A stretch of DNA of 63,914 nucleotides, counting the filler, from Cercozoa sp. M6MM (lineage: Eukaryota; Protista; Endomyxa: Ascetosporea): NCBI GenBank assembly GCA_040357565.1. It is 13 parts of 13 records of this genome, joined end to end, with 100 filler letters (N's around TTAATTAATTAA, not from the genome) between each part and the next. Parts side by side here need not be neighbours in the genome. Positions count along the whole stretch, not along the records: positions 52,468 to 54,209 come from JBDODJ010001933.1; positions 54,310 to 57,354 come from JBDODJ010001634.1; positions 57,455 to 61,431 come from JBDODJ010001256.1; positions 61,532 to 62,722 come from JBDODJ010002125.1; positions 62,823 to 63,914 come from JBDODJ010002183.1; 8 more parts are not named here. One strand, 5' to 3'. Both the position numbers and the translations under genes were made by a program. Below, piece after piece: positions 52,537-63,914 of the stretch (its first letter is position 1; the number at the start of each line of letters is the position of its first letter). Under the pieces are notes generated by a model that had not been told where the DNA came from, ran no database searches, and saw only the letters and a program-made list of their open reading frames with translations.

Positions 52537-54190
52537 TGCAAACTGGCCGCCAAAATCGAGCTGTTTGACTACGATGATCGTACCTCCTTTCCCTCCCCCT
52601 CATTAAGCCCTCCATGGAGTCCCACAAACACCACACACAGCCATGTCGCGAAAGATCGACGAAATCAAGGACATTCTGGCCACTGTACAGTTTTATTTTT
52701 CGATTTTCTTTTTTGTATTCTCCTGCATCCGCGCGGATGTGTGTTTTCGCGGTCAGACGCGGCACTTGACGCTGCGCGAGTGGCAGGTAGACTCGAGTGA
52801 CTCTGGTCGGCTCTAGTGATACTGATCTGTGCTGTCGTTGGTGAGCAGAAACGGCCGCACGTGCTGCAGCGGACGCATGCCGACCTACTGCACCTGCTGC
52901 ACCGTCTCATGGAGATGGAGGGTGCTTGCGCTTGCTTTCTCTTTCCTGCTTCCTTCCTTCCCTCCCTCGAGCTGTTCTTCCTTCCTAAACTGATCGACTC
53001 CTGATGCAGAGAGTCTGCACCTCGTGCGCAAACTCACCAGCAAGCCCTTCTTTGGTAAACTCCTTGAAAACTGAAACACTGAAAACTGAACTGAAAACTG
53101 AAGTGAAAGTTGAGAATTGAAAGCTGCTGCTGTTTTGTTTTGTGTTGTTTTGTGCTGTGTTTGACTTTTGACTTACTTGACTTTTGACCCTTGACTTGAC
53201 TTTTGACTTTTGACTTGACTTTTGACTTTTGACTTGACTTGACTTGACTTTTGACCCTTGACTTGACTTGACTTTTGACCCTTGACTTGACTTGACGTGA
53301 CTGTGCTGACTTGACTCGACTGCGCAGACTCGATCGCGCGGCCGCTGCAGCAGCGACTGAACGCGGCGCTGAAGGACTTCGACGCCGCCGGCGGCAGCGG
53401 CAGCGGCACCGTCACTCTGCCGACGGGCGACCCGGACAACACACCGGTACGTGTGTAGCCACCTCTTGGCTCTGTCCATGTGTCCTGTCCATGTGTGCTG
53501 TCCATGTGACCTGTCCATGTGACCTGTCCATGTGTCCTGTCCATGTGTGCTGTCCATGTGTGCTGTCCATGTGTCCTGTCCATGTGTTCTGCTGGGGCTG
53601 GTCAGAACGTGCCCGACTTTGAGCAAGTCAAGGCCACCTGGCGCGAGCGACTGCCCTCGATGGACGACTCGGTACGCACCCCCTTAATAGACTCTGGACT
53701 GGACAGAACTCTGGACTGGACTCTGGACTGGACTGGACTGGACTGGACTGGACAGATCCCGGTGTGGAACGACATCATTACCTGGCGCAATCGCCTGTTC
53801 CGCGTGGTCTGCTACAGTCTTTCACCCCCCCCCCCCCACCCCTTACCCCTTCCCCCTCGGGCAGATGTCGAGCGCCATTCGCGAGATTCGTCGCGAGCAG
53901 GCGAAACGCAAGTCGGTACAGTCGGCGCATCCTTAAACAAAACCTATCCTGTCCTATCCGATGTCCTGTCCTGTCTTAAGGGTGTGTGTGTTGTAGCCAC
54001 TGGACCCAAAGTTGAGTGCCGAGATTCGACTGCGCGAGAGCAAGACACGGTGCTTTACCCCCCTGTTTACCCCCCTGTTTACCCCCCCTGTTTACCCCCC
54101 TGTTTACCCCCCTGTTTGCCCCCCTGTTTACCCCCCTGTTGTGTCAGACTGATCGATACCGTGTGCCGTCAGTTTATGGGCGAACGGTAG
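52537..54190 (+). CDS. Tra1/TRRAP-like PIKK, FAT-domain fragment
   Basis: THADLLHLLHRLMEME and KATWRERLPSMDDS|IPVWNDIITWRNRLF match the Tra1 FAT motif (TWR.RLP..DD..W.D...WR). Confidence 0.7.
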
Positions 54191-55580
54191 GCCTCCCTTT
54201 ACCCCCCCCNNNNNNNNNNNNNNNNNNNNNNNNNNNNNNNNNNNNNNNNNNNNTTAATTAATTAANNNNNNNNNNNNNNNNNNNNNNNNNNNNNNNNNNN
54301 NNNNNNNNNGGGGGGTAGCTGCTGTGACTCTTGTACCCAACAGTGCTATCGCCGACGACCTGCACATGGGGCACAACTTCCAATTAAACTTAACTTAATT
54401 AAGCCACACCAAGTTGGCATACCCCGCATTTGATGTTCTGCATAATGTGTCTCGCTGTATTGACAGGGTAGTATTGCAAATTTAGTGGGCTGCACGAGAG
54501 GCAAGGACGCTAAGAGTGAGAGACACATGACGACTGCGATTGGCTGATGCAAGAGCGATCACCGATCGATCGTTGAGAGCCGATATGACATCAACATCGC
54601 CGTTGACGGTTTGTCAACCGATCTCATGTCTGGATCTCACTCGAGCCTTTTTTAAGTCGCTCCTGCCCCGAGTACGCTCCCAGTTCGTCCCGTCGGTGCA
54701 GCTGCTGCCTAGAAGTTGCCCGCTTATTTTCTAAATTTACTTTATGGTATCGTCCAAGCATTTAGTTTGTTGCAAGTGACAGCGGGTTCGAAGCAGCAGA
54801 GGCCAAGTTTGACAAGCTTCAAGTTATGTTGCCAAGTTGAATCCTCACTTGCAGTGCCAAGCAGCGTTGCCAATCATGACTGACTCTTCCGTTCTTGAGT
54901 GTGTAGTTACTGTGCGGGTGTGTGTGAACAAGCAATGCATGGCGCCTGCAACGGTCAGATTAGAAGCGGAAGTTTGTTCTGTCTGCGGATATTAAACGAA
55001 GTCCGAAAGTCCACGCCATATATTAATTAATTCGGTTTGTCCGTTTTTCAAACAACTTAGACTCAATGTAGGCACCCACAGTACTCCTGCACCGCAATAC
55101 ACATCTGGCAGCGACCTTACGCCAGGTACAGTCCAAATCTGCTCAGCTGTTTTAATATTCCGCGCGTTGGCACGGTTCAACTCGAAAAGACTCCTGACTG
55201 TATGTTGCTTGAAGAAGACGCGAAAAAACAACAAATCGCAGTCACAGATACTTATGAGCCAAAACACGTGAGTGTGTGCACTTATTTAGCATCGACACTG
55301 TCTCGCGCACTGTCAACAGTGTCTTCGTCTTCTGGACTGTACTTTTCTTAATGGGCTCAAAAACACAGACATTCCTTGAGCCGAAGAACGAACTCTTGCT
55401 CCCAATTTCGAAGAAAAAAGTACAGTGCTTGGATTTGCCAAAGTTGGTAGTTTCTCTGAGTGTACGTGTTCCTGAAGTGTCTGCTTAACTTGGTGGGGCG
55501 TGTGGCTGCTGTGGGTGTTGTGTGGTGTGATTATTTTTTGGCTGTTCTTGGAATCCAGATCCTTGGAATCCAGATCCGTC

Positions 55581-56564
55581 ATGTCCGTCAATGAGAAGTA
55601 AGATGTTGCTAAACAATCCCACTTTGTTTCCGGGAATCCTTTTGTTTGCGCCAGCGTCCAAGTGTGCCGCCTTACAATTTATGCGCGGCCTCTCGACCTT
55701 TCAAAACTGGACAACTTGTTCGACAGCCCTCACGAGGTAATGCGCAAAGCTGCACGTTTTCTCCGTGTCCGTGATGCGACTGGTCAATACGCTCACGCCG
55801 ACCACTGGTAGTTAACTCACTGGACTCAGCACTGCTACTACTTGGTCGAGTTTGATTTTGACTTCCAGGTTTCTGGTCGCTGAACTAGCTAATGGACATT
55901 TTGCGTTTGCTGACTTCAACAATACGGAGGGCCTGTCTGGCATCTTCAGTCCGACTTCGGGAGAGTGTCGCTACGAGGTTCATGCCACACGAGATTCAGC
56001 TGTTCGCATGGGTTGCCTCCCTGACACACACGCAGTGGTAACAATGCTTCTGGTGAGACAGACTGAGTGTGTTGCAAAATGTGTGTACGTGTAGAAAATG
56101 ATTGCTGACACGCCACTGTACGGTGTAACGTTGGCGCATTTAAAGAGCATCGTGTCCGACGTGTCTTGTGATTTCGGGACGCGCTACAACCTCATTAAAC
56201 AAAACTGCCAGCACTTCGCCACGTTCGTCTTCGAGGGTCTGCTACGGGTGCAGGAGCGATTGGTGCAGGAGCGGTGGGTGCAGGAGCGATTTGTGACGCC
56301 TGAACAAGCTCACCGCGAGCAGCAGCACCTCGAGCAGCTGAACCACCAGAGAAACCTGCTCAACGCAAAACTGCAACAAGCGAAAGATAGTTGGGACCTC
56401 CAGAATAATCCAAATCTGCAGATCGAGGAGGCAATGGAGAGGGCCATTGCACGACGACGTGCTGCGGTACAGAGTTGACTGACCTTTCCTTTCTTGTGAC
56501 CTTTATTACCTCGGCTCACCGAGCAGCAGAAGCGGCTGTTAACACGGAAGTATCGTCGAAACTA
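55581..56564 (+). CDS. Permuted papain-like NlpC/P60 enzyme (PPPDE/LRAT-like) with coiled-coil tail
   Basis: MSVNE|NVQVCRLTIYARPL..HADHW|FLVAE (His) ... RYNLIKQNCQHFA (Cys); 3' end approximate. Confidence 0.7.
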
Positions 56565-56946
56565 GCGAGTAAGTACAGTGGCAACTGTTGAGTAATCTGC
56601 ATCTCGAGATTCTCCATGTGTACTCAGGAACAAGTTCGGCACCCGACAGCCTGAGCGATGTAAGACTTCCTTTGTTCGCTGACGCGACCGTCCATATGCG
56701 TCCGTCGCGTTGCAATTGGTTTCAGGCTGCGCTGTGTCAAGTTCGGTTTCGTTACTTACTTAGTTCCAATTGTTCTACACGCTATGTATAGCTAGCATCG
56801 CTACGTCAGCTGCAGTCTGAGTTAGTCCACGCCAACTTGGTTTCTTACGTTACAACTCGACTAACGTAACTAACTAGCCCAACCTGACTCAGGCCTAACG
56901 GTAGGGTTTGCGAACAGAATACGAAACTCCAATAACGATTGAAACG

Positions 56947-57345
56947 CTAGCGCTGGCGCTGGCGCCTGACATGCCGTTGCTTCTTGCTGTTTCGTTTGGC
57001 ACTGTTGCTCTCATTCTGGCCAACGGCAGTACCCTTGTTCTTCTTGTCCGAGACGTCGTCGAACTCTCCCAAATCCTGACACAGACACACAGTACCGACA
57101 AACATGCCTGCCTGGACGTGTATGTACCTTGGCAAGCGAGTACAGACACCGCAGGCCGAACAGCAAGGCCGTGGCCACCAGAGTAGCCAGCACGCCCGTC
57201 AGCACGCCTGCCGTCACGTGTCTGCGCGGGGGGGGGGGTAAACAGGGGGTAAACAGGGGGGTAAACAGGTCAGGTACTTGCGCAAGAAGGCCTGCAGCTG
57301 CCGCAGCAGCAGCGTCGGCGACCACCACGGCATGCCCCATCTCTG
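56947..57345 (-). CDS. 3' end of a membrane protein with a basic tail
   Basis: Hydrophobic VTAGVLTGVLATLVATALLFGL, then KRNSKKQRHVRRQRQR*. Confidence 0.35.
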
Positions 57346-57505
57346 CAGGGGGGGNNNNNNNNNNNNNNNNNNNNNNNNNNNNNNNNNNNNNNNNNNNNTT
57401 AATTAATTAANNNNNNNNNNNNNNNNNNNNNNNNNNNNNNNNNNNNNNNNNNNNCCCCCCTTCTGCCTTTTCGGCTTGCCCTCCATGTACCCTCCTGTGA
57501 CACAG

Positions 57506-58940
57506 GTCCAAGTTCCCGGACGCTGACGAACTACGCGCGCAGGCCGAAGCCGAACGTGAGCGACGTGAGTTGACAGAGGACACAGACGACGACAGCAAGA
57601 AGAAGAAGTCACAGTCACACGACAAGAAGAAGAAGTCGTCCGACGAGACCAACGCTGTAGCGAGAAGTATAGAGACTGAGACAGACCAAGACGGCACTGA
57701 GGTACCTGTATATATATATATATATATATATATGTGGTGTGTGTGTGCTGGTGTGCCCATCGATTGCATAGTATGTCCCAACAACACAGATGACTGAGGA
57801 GGAACTCGAGCAGTTGACGCAGAGCGACGTGCAACGGCAGCGACTGTCCTACCTGGCCAAGACACTGCCCAGTGCGATCGGCAAGCCCTTCCTGCAGTGG
57901 CTGCCCTTCATGTTCGTACAGATCCCGCCGCTGCTCGCCTTTGCCTGGTCAGTGCGCTGCATGTCCATGGACCCGTCCTGGTTGCTGCACATGGAGACTG
58001 TACCCTGCTGTCTTACTCTTTCGCCCTGCTTTTTCTTGTGTACTGCGAGTGCTGCTGCCACCAGGGTGGCGTGGGCAACTACCTCGACTTGACACGGCCC
58101 GACCAGTCGGGCGCACTGCCGCTGTTGGGCGTCATGACCTCCTACAGCGCACTTGAGTACCTCAAGCAGCTGCCGCGTGGCGTGTCTTTCAACAACCCGG
58201 TGGTCGAGCTGCTGCAGGTGGCCACTATCCTTACGACGCCGCTCGCCGTCTGGGCACCTGTGGTACATTCCCAGCCCACCCGGTCCTATCTGCACCAGTC
58301 TATCGGCACCAGTCTATCTGCCCCAGTCTATCTGTATTGGTTTATCTCTACATGTCCTTTTTGTATTGGGTCTTATCCATCTGCTCAGTGCATCTTCCCC
58401 TACTGGCTCACGATGGCGACTTTTGGCATCGGCACGCGCGTGCTGATCAACTCAAGCGAGCGACTGCGCAAGATAATTAATGTTCCCGATATCCTCGAGA
58501 TCTTCAAGCAGGACGACGACCGTCTGCAGGTTCTCCTCTCTGCCTTGTCACTTTCGTATTGCCCCTCCCCCGCCCGCCCAACTTAAGTGTCGGTTTGACT
58601 TGCTCAGGAATTGCGACGCAATATCATGACGCCTGATATGCTAAAGTTGCAGGAGCAGAAACTCCACGTCATGTTCGGCCACAGGACTGACATTACGCCA
58701 GATCAGCACGCCCAGGTTTGCGGCGCCTTCTTGCTTTGCCTTCTTGCTTTGCCTTGTTTCTATTAATTTATCTTCCTGTGTGTTTAGGATGTGGCCAAGC
58801 TCAAGGTGCAAATGCATGACCAGGCCAAGGACGCCGTGCGCCTCATGCGACAGAAGCAACGCGAGTGGAACAAAATCCAGAAACGCAAGCAGGAAGAAGC
58901 GCAGCAACCCACGGCCGCTAACTCGAAACCCGGTCGCTAA
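57506..58940 (+). CDS. Oxa1/Cox18 (YidC family) membrane insertase, 5'-truncated
   Basis: PFMFVQIPPLLAFAWSVRCM, GGVGNYLDLTRPD..LPLL, IFPYWLT; stop 58938-58940. Confidence 0.75.
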
Positions 58941-59178
58941 AGTCGCTGGACTATCATGGCAGACCGAGATGGAGCCAGGAATTACTGTAGTTCAATCGGG
59001 TCGTAGCACAACTCGGCAGCCAGTCAGTGGGCCGACAAACTGATCCGCGATCGCGCTCGCGTCGGACGTGACCACTCGTAGTCGATCACTGCAGTTACTG
59101 GTCGCTGGCTGCTGGGTCAGGAAAAGGCTCTGTACTGCACAGTGTCGTAGTCTTGTTTACTTACCTCAGCACACAGTG

Positions 59179-59965
59179 ATGAAACTTCTGGCGCTGCTGG
59201 CTTTGCCTGCGATGACCTCGGCTTGCGTGGTCGGTTTCCCCTGCTTGCGTTTTTTGTTTTTTGTTTTTCTGTGTACTTCCTCCGCATGTGTAACATCAGC
59301 CCCCGGCGATGCGTATTCTCGAGGAAACGTATGTTCTACGCCTTAAAATGAATACGGAAGTTCTTTGTTTTGCTTTATTTCCCTTGGGCCGGCCCTGCGC
59401 AGCGACAGAGCGGATTGCGCAAACGTGTTCACGGACGACTTTTGCGTCTCGGAGTGCAAACGATGCGTTGACAGTTCTTCGTACACCCTCGGCGGGTTCA
59501 GCGCCTGGTGGTTCCGTAAGTTTTTCTCTTTGGCCCTTTTTTTAAACCGTACTCGGGAGTGGGCTTACCCAGGGTGCGAAAACGGGCTGGGCTCCTGCTT
59601 GACGGGCATTGAAGAGAAGGCCAACGAAAAGCGCCAGAACGGCATTTGCGAAAATTTCGGTATTGTTTTGACATTTCTCAGCTTTGGCCATGCGCCGTGC
59701 AACGCCGTGCAATTTTATGTTCTTGTGCTTTTGTAGATGACCTTAACGTTCCCTGCTCGTCCGACGACTGTAACGAGATGAACAGCAATTCGAACTACTT
59801 CCTTTGTGGCAATGGCAAGGTAAACGTCGGTCTTTGTGTTTGCTGCTGTTTCGTTTGTTTTCTGATAAACGCGCGTGCACAGAGAGAGAATGGAGACCTG
59901 GTGCGTGTCAAGATGGAAGGTAATCTCGTTTTGCTTTTTCTTTGCATGTGTCTGTGTGTACGTGT

Positions 59966-60032
<67 letters not shown>

Positions 60033-60136
60033 TGTGNNNNNNNNNNNNNNNNNNNNNNNNNNNNNNNNNNNNNNNNNNNNNNNNNNNNNNNNNNNNNNNN
60101 NNNNNNNNNNNNNNNNNNNNNNNNNNNNNNNNNNNN

Positions 60137-60187
<51 letters not shown>

Positions 60188-60398
60188 TGTGTTTGTGTGT
60201 TTGTGTATTTGTACACCTCTCTGCCGTTGCAGGAGCAAAGTGCAAGGCGCTTAATGGCGCCGGCTCAGTCCAGGTACATTTCACTAGTAGAAATTTGTTA
60301 AACATTTTTCTGACCCGCCATTTAAATTCTGTACGTATCTTAATCAGGTCTCTGCTGCCGCTGCCCTGGTCGTGTTTGGTGTGCTCGCACTGCGTTGA
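59179..60398 (+). CDS. Small Cys-rich, probably GPI-anchored surface protein
   Basis: Signal MKLLALLALPAMTSA; multiple Cys; ends NGAGSVQ|VSAAAALVVFGVLALR* (small residues, then a hydrophobic tail). Confidence 0.6.
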
Positions 60399-61042
60399 AA
60401 GTTCGCGAGTTTACACGACGCCGATCCATGGCCAACAGAAGATTGTACTGTAAACCTGCTGTGCTAGTGTTACTGTCAACATCAATTAATCTACTCAGCT
60501 GTCTACTTGCGCTGCTCCGCGTGGAAGCGCATCTCAAGTAGAGAGCCGGAAACTTAACAATTGAGTGTTGCCTAACTTGGCATACCGTACCCTGAAGAGA
60601 GGCGACAGCTCAAAACTGCTTCAAGAATTAAAACAGCAGCACAGTTTAAGCCTTCCTTTTGGGGTAGCAAAGCACTGAGTATTGAGACGGAAAGGCGGCG
60701 ACAGAACTGAGTATTGAGAGTTCAGAAATACTTGAGTTGGCGTGAAGTGAGCAAGACTACTGGTCCTGGGGAGACCAGATTACCCTTATTTGAGCAGCAG
60801 CAAAAAAACTTGCTCCAGGCTTCCCTACTCAACACACAGCTGTTCCCTGCTCAAACACAGGTGTTCTTTACTCAAATACAGGTGTTCCACACTCTAGACT
60901 GAACTCTCAGCAGGTCAAGATATCAGCGAACACTCGTAAAAACCTCCACAGCAGTTTTTTGTAAGTTTTAGAGTTGCTTCCGCGCGGATGCAGTAGTTCA
61001 TGCAGTAACAAATCAAGGTAGATAAATGGCGTTGCGTTCGCT

Positions 61043-61405
61043 TCAAAGCTCGCCACAGTCGGCAATGACAACGCGCTTGCGCGGACAGTCGTCGCCGTTG
61101 GTGGGCAGGCGCTCGATCTTCTTGACGAGTTCCATGCCCTGGAAGGTCCAGAAACATCGCAAAAAAAGAAGGTATCAAAACAGGACAAGTGGGTACAAGT
61201 GGGCACCTTGACAACGCGGCCAAAGACGACGTGCTTGCCGTCGAGGTGCGGCGTGCGCACCGTGGTGATGAAGAACTGCGAGCCGTTGGTGTGCTTGCCA
61301 GCGTTGGCCATGGACAGGAGGCCCGGCGACTTGTGCTTGAGCTTGAAGTTCTCGTCGCGGAAGGTCTCGCCGTAGATGGACTCGCCGCCCATGCCGTTGC
61401 CCACT
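61043..61405 (-). CDS. Cyclophilin-type PPIase, C-terminal part
   Basis: [47 protein letters not shown]|[18 protein letters not shown]. Confidence 0.96.
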
Positions 61406-61590
61406 GGGGGGGGGGGGTAAAGGGGGGACAGNNNNNNNNNNNNNNNNNNNNNNNNNNNNNNNNNNNNNNNNNNNNTTAATTAATTAANNNNNNNNNNNNN
61501 NNNNNNNNNNNNNNNNNNNNNNNNNNNNNNNAGTCTTGCCCCCTACCCTCATTTCCCCCTATACCCCTTACCCTGCCCCCCTCCCTCCAG

Positions 61591-62586
61591 AGACGGCGGA
61601 CGTGGCCTTTTTTGCGAGCACGCACGACAGCAGCAGCAGCAGTGTCCTCGAGGAGGAGGGTACTACTATCCCTGGAGAAGGGGGTCTATCGGTGCCTACC
61701 TGGGTTGACACGTGTGCAGTCAGTGACCACGTGGGTGACCACTTGAGTGACCACGTGGGTGACCACTTGAGTGACCACGCGGACGAAGAAAAGAACGACG
61801 CGGACGCACTCGAGGACGACACGGTCGACAAGAGCGTGGCTGGTAGTGCTTGGCATCCTTACCCCCCCCCCATTGATCCATGATTGATCTACAATTGATC
61901 CCATAATTGATGCGTCAATTGATCCCATAATTGATCCGTCAATTGATCCCATGACGGTGTCTCTCTGCAGGTCGACTGGTGGAGAAGGAAACCGTCGAGA
62001 CAGGTGCCGTCGGGTGGTCGGTGTACCGGCGCTACATCGACGCCGCCGGCGGTCCCTGGATCCTCGTGCTCGTGCTGTTCTTCTACGCGGTACATCTGTT
62101 CCGTCCACTCTGTTCCGTCCACTTTGTACGCCGGTCCACTCTGTACCACACGTCGTGTAGACACGTTCGATCGGCGACGTTGCCACGAACCGTTGGCTGG
62201 TGGGTTGTGATCGAAGGGAATATCTTTGTGTCTAATTAAGGCTGCGCATACAGGCACACTGGAGCGACCAGATGGACCTGCCGGTACAAGTGTGTACGGT
62301 ATAAGTGTACAGTACAAATGTACCCTGTGTTGGACGCAGGACGGACCGCGACACGAGTCGCCGTGGTACCTGTCGATCTACGCGGCCTTCTCGCTCGGCG
62401 CCATCGTGACCGTGCTGACGTCGCTGCTGATTTGTACACACGCTCCCTTAATTACTGCCTGTCCATACGTCAGTCCATATGGACTGGTACACATATGGGT
62501 CGGTTTGTACAGGTGCCGTGGCGCAACTGCGCGCGTCGCGGCGACTGCACGAGGGTCTGCTGCGCGCGCAGCTGCGGGCTCCGATG
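61591..62586 (+). CDS. ABCC/MRP transporter fragment (linker and start of TMD2)
   Basis: GRLVEKETVETGAVGWSVYRRYIDAAGG; NRWL; WYLSIYAAFSL; RASRRLHEGLLRAQLRAPM. Confidence 0.88.
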
Positions 62587-62871
62587 TGAGTTTACCCCCC
62601 TGTTTACCCCCCTGCTTACCCCCCTGTTTACCTCCCTGCTTACCCCCCTGTTTACCTCCCTATTACCCCCTATTTACCCCCACTCTACCCTATATACCCC
62701 TACTCATATTTACCCCCCTATTNNNNNNNNNNNNNNNNNNNNNNNNNNNNNNNNNNNNNNNNNNNNTTAATTAATTAANNNNNNNNNNNNNNNNNNNNNN
62801 NNNNNNNNNNNNNNNNNNNNNNCCCCCCCCCCCCCTTTTCCCCCCCTCTTCCCCCCCCCCCCCCTGTGCAG

Positions 62872-63872
62872 GTGCAGTTCCCGCTGCTGTTGGACTTGAC
62901 GCACGCTCGTCTGTAGCCTCTTTTTCTAGGGGGGGTAAAGAGGGGGGTAAGAATGCCGTGTGCTGTCGGCAGCTGCGTGCGTCCGTCGAATTTCGACGAA
63001 TTCGCGACGCTGGTGCAGCAGCAGAAACTGCGCACTTTCAGTGCCGCCGGCGGTGTGCTGTCCGATGAGGTATACCGGTCTATGTGTACCGGTCCATGTG
63101 GACTGTACAAGTGGATGGTCCATGTGTACTGTACAAGTGGATGGTCCATGTGTACTGTACAAGTAAACTACGACTGTATAGGTCGGTCTGGGCAAGTCCT
63201 TCTCGATGATCTGCTTGGCGGTATAACGATGTAGATCGATGTAGATCGATGTAGATGATGTGGCTGTGTTTATACCCCCTCCCTCCCACTTGCGTAGAAT
63301 CTGAACCGTCGCGTGATGCCGACTGTCCGCGTTACGCCTGTACAGTCTTACCCCCCTCTTTACCCCCCTCTTCACCCCCTCTTTACCCCCCCCCCCAGGC
63401 CGAGGTGGGCGTGCCGAACGTGAAGCAGCCGAAGCGCAAGCGCGCCAAGAAATCGGCCAAGTCGGCAGTGGTACCTTTGGCACGTGGTCACACTGAGGAG
63501 TGGTCACACTGATGAGTGGTCACACTGGGGAGTGGTCACACTGATGAGTGGTCAGTCACGTGGTCACTGGGTGCACGTGTGTGTGTGCAGAAGGAACCGG
63601 TGCTGCAGCCGGCCAGCGACGGCAAGATGCTGGTGAAGCAGGTGCGCGTCGACCGAGGACACGTGCTGACTGGCGCCACTCTGATCATGACGCCCAACCA
63701 CCTGGTCGGCCAGTGGCAGTCGGGTACTTGCCCCTCTCAGTTGGCACGTGCCCAGCCACCACTTATGGTACCACATATGGTACCACACACACGTGCGCAG
63801 AGGTCACCAAGATGACACGTGTGCCCGAGTCGAAGGTTATCGTGCTGTCCACCAAGCCGCAACATGAGAGTG
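62872..63872 (+). CDS. SNF2-family ATPase fragment (RAD5/RAD16/SHPRH-like)
   Basis: GGVLSDE|VGLGKS (motif I) and ATLIMTPNHLVGQWQS|EV (motif Ia). Confidence 0.8.
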
Positions 63873-63914
63873 TAGGCCTACCTCTCCCCCTTACCCCCCT
63901 TTACCCCCCCCCCC

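Overview
Intron-rich eukaryotic (protist-like) nuclear DNA, not prokaryotic. The window is 13 separate contigs joined by artificial N44-TTAATTAATTAA-N44 linkers, so adjacency across linkers has no biological meaning. Splicing exons by eye across GT-AG introns recovers: an NT-C2 coiled-coil protein, SAS-6, a Hippo/MST1/2-type kinase with Thr-Met linker motifs and a SARAH domain, a 7TM protein, FAN/NSMAF, eS30, ALKBH8, calpain-7, a large type I surface protein, an RGS domain, VPS13 with a DysF module, JMJD5, MTR4, a Tra1/TRRAP fragment, a permuted NlpC/P60 enzyme, an Oxa1/Cox18 insertase, a GPI-type Cys-rich protein, a cyclophilin, an ABCC transporter and a RAD5/SHPRH-like SNF2 ATPase. The code looks standard. 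The most unusual signal is the intron architecture. Many introns are filled by tandem repeats from a few recurring classes: strand-biased TTTACCCC, TGTACAA(A/G)TGGA, GCTTTGTTTC, and CA/TA microsatellites. Their composition shifts with distance from the start codon, and 5' splice sites favour GTRC over GTRAG. Also notable are a strongly foldable eS30 intron and an inverted-repeat-bounded GAGTAA array. All gene models and family calls were made by eye from recalled motifs; no searches were run and the taxon is not established.
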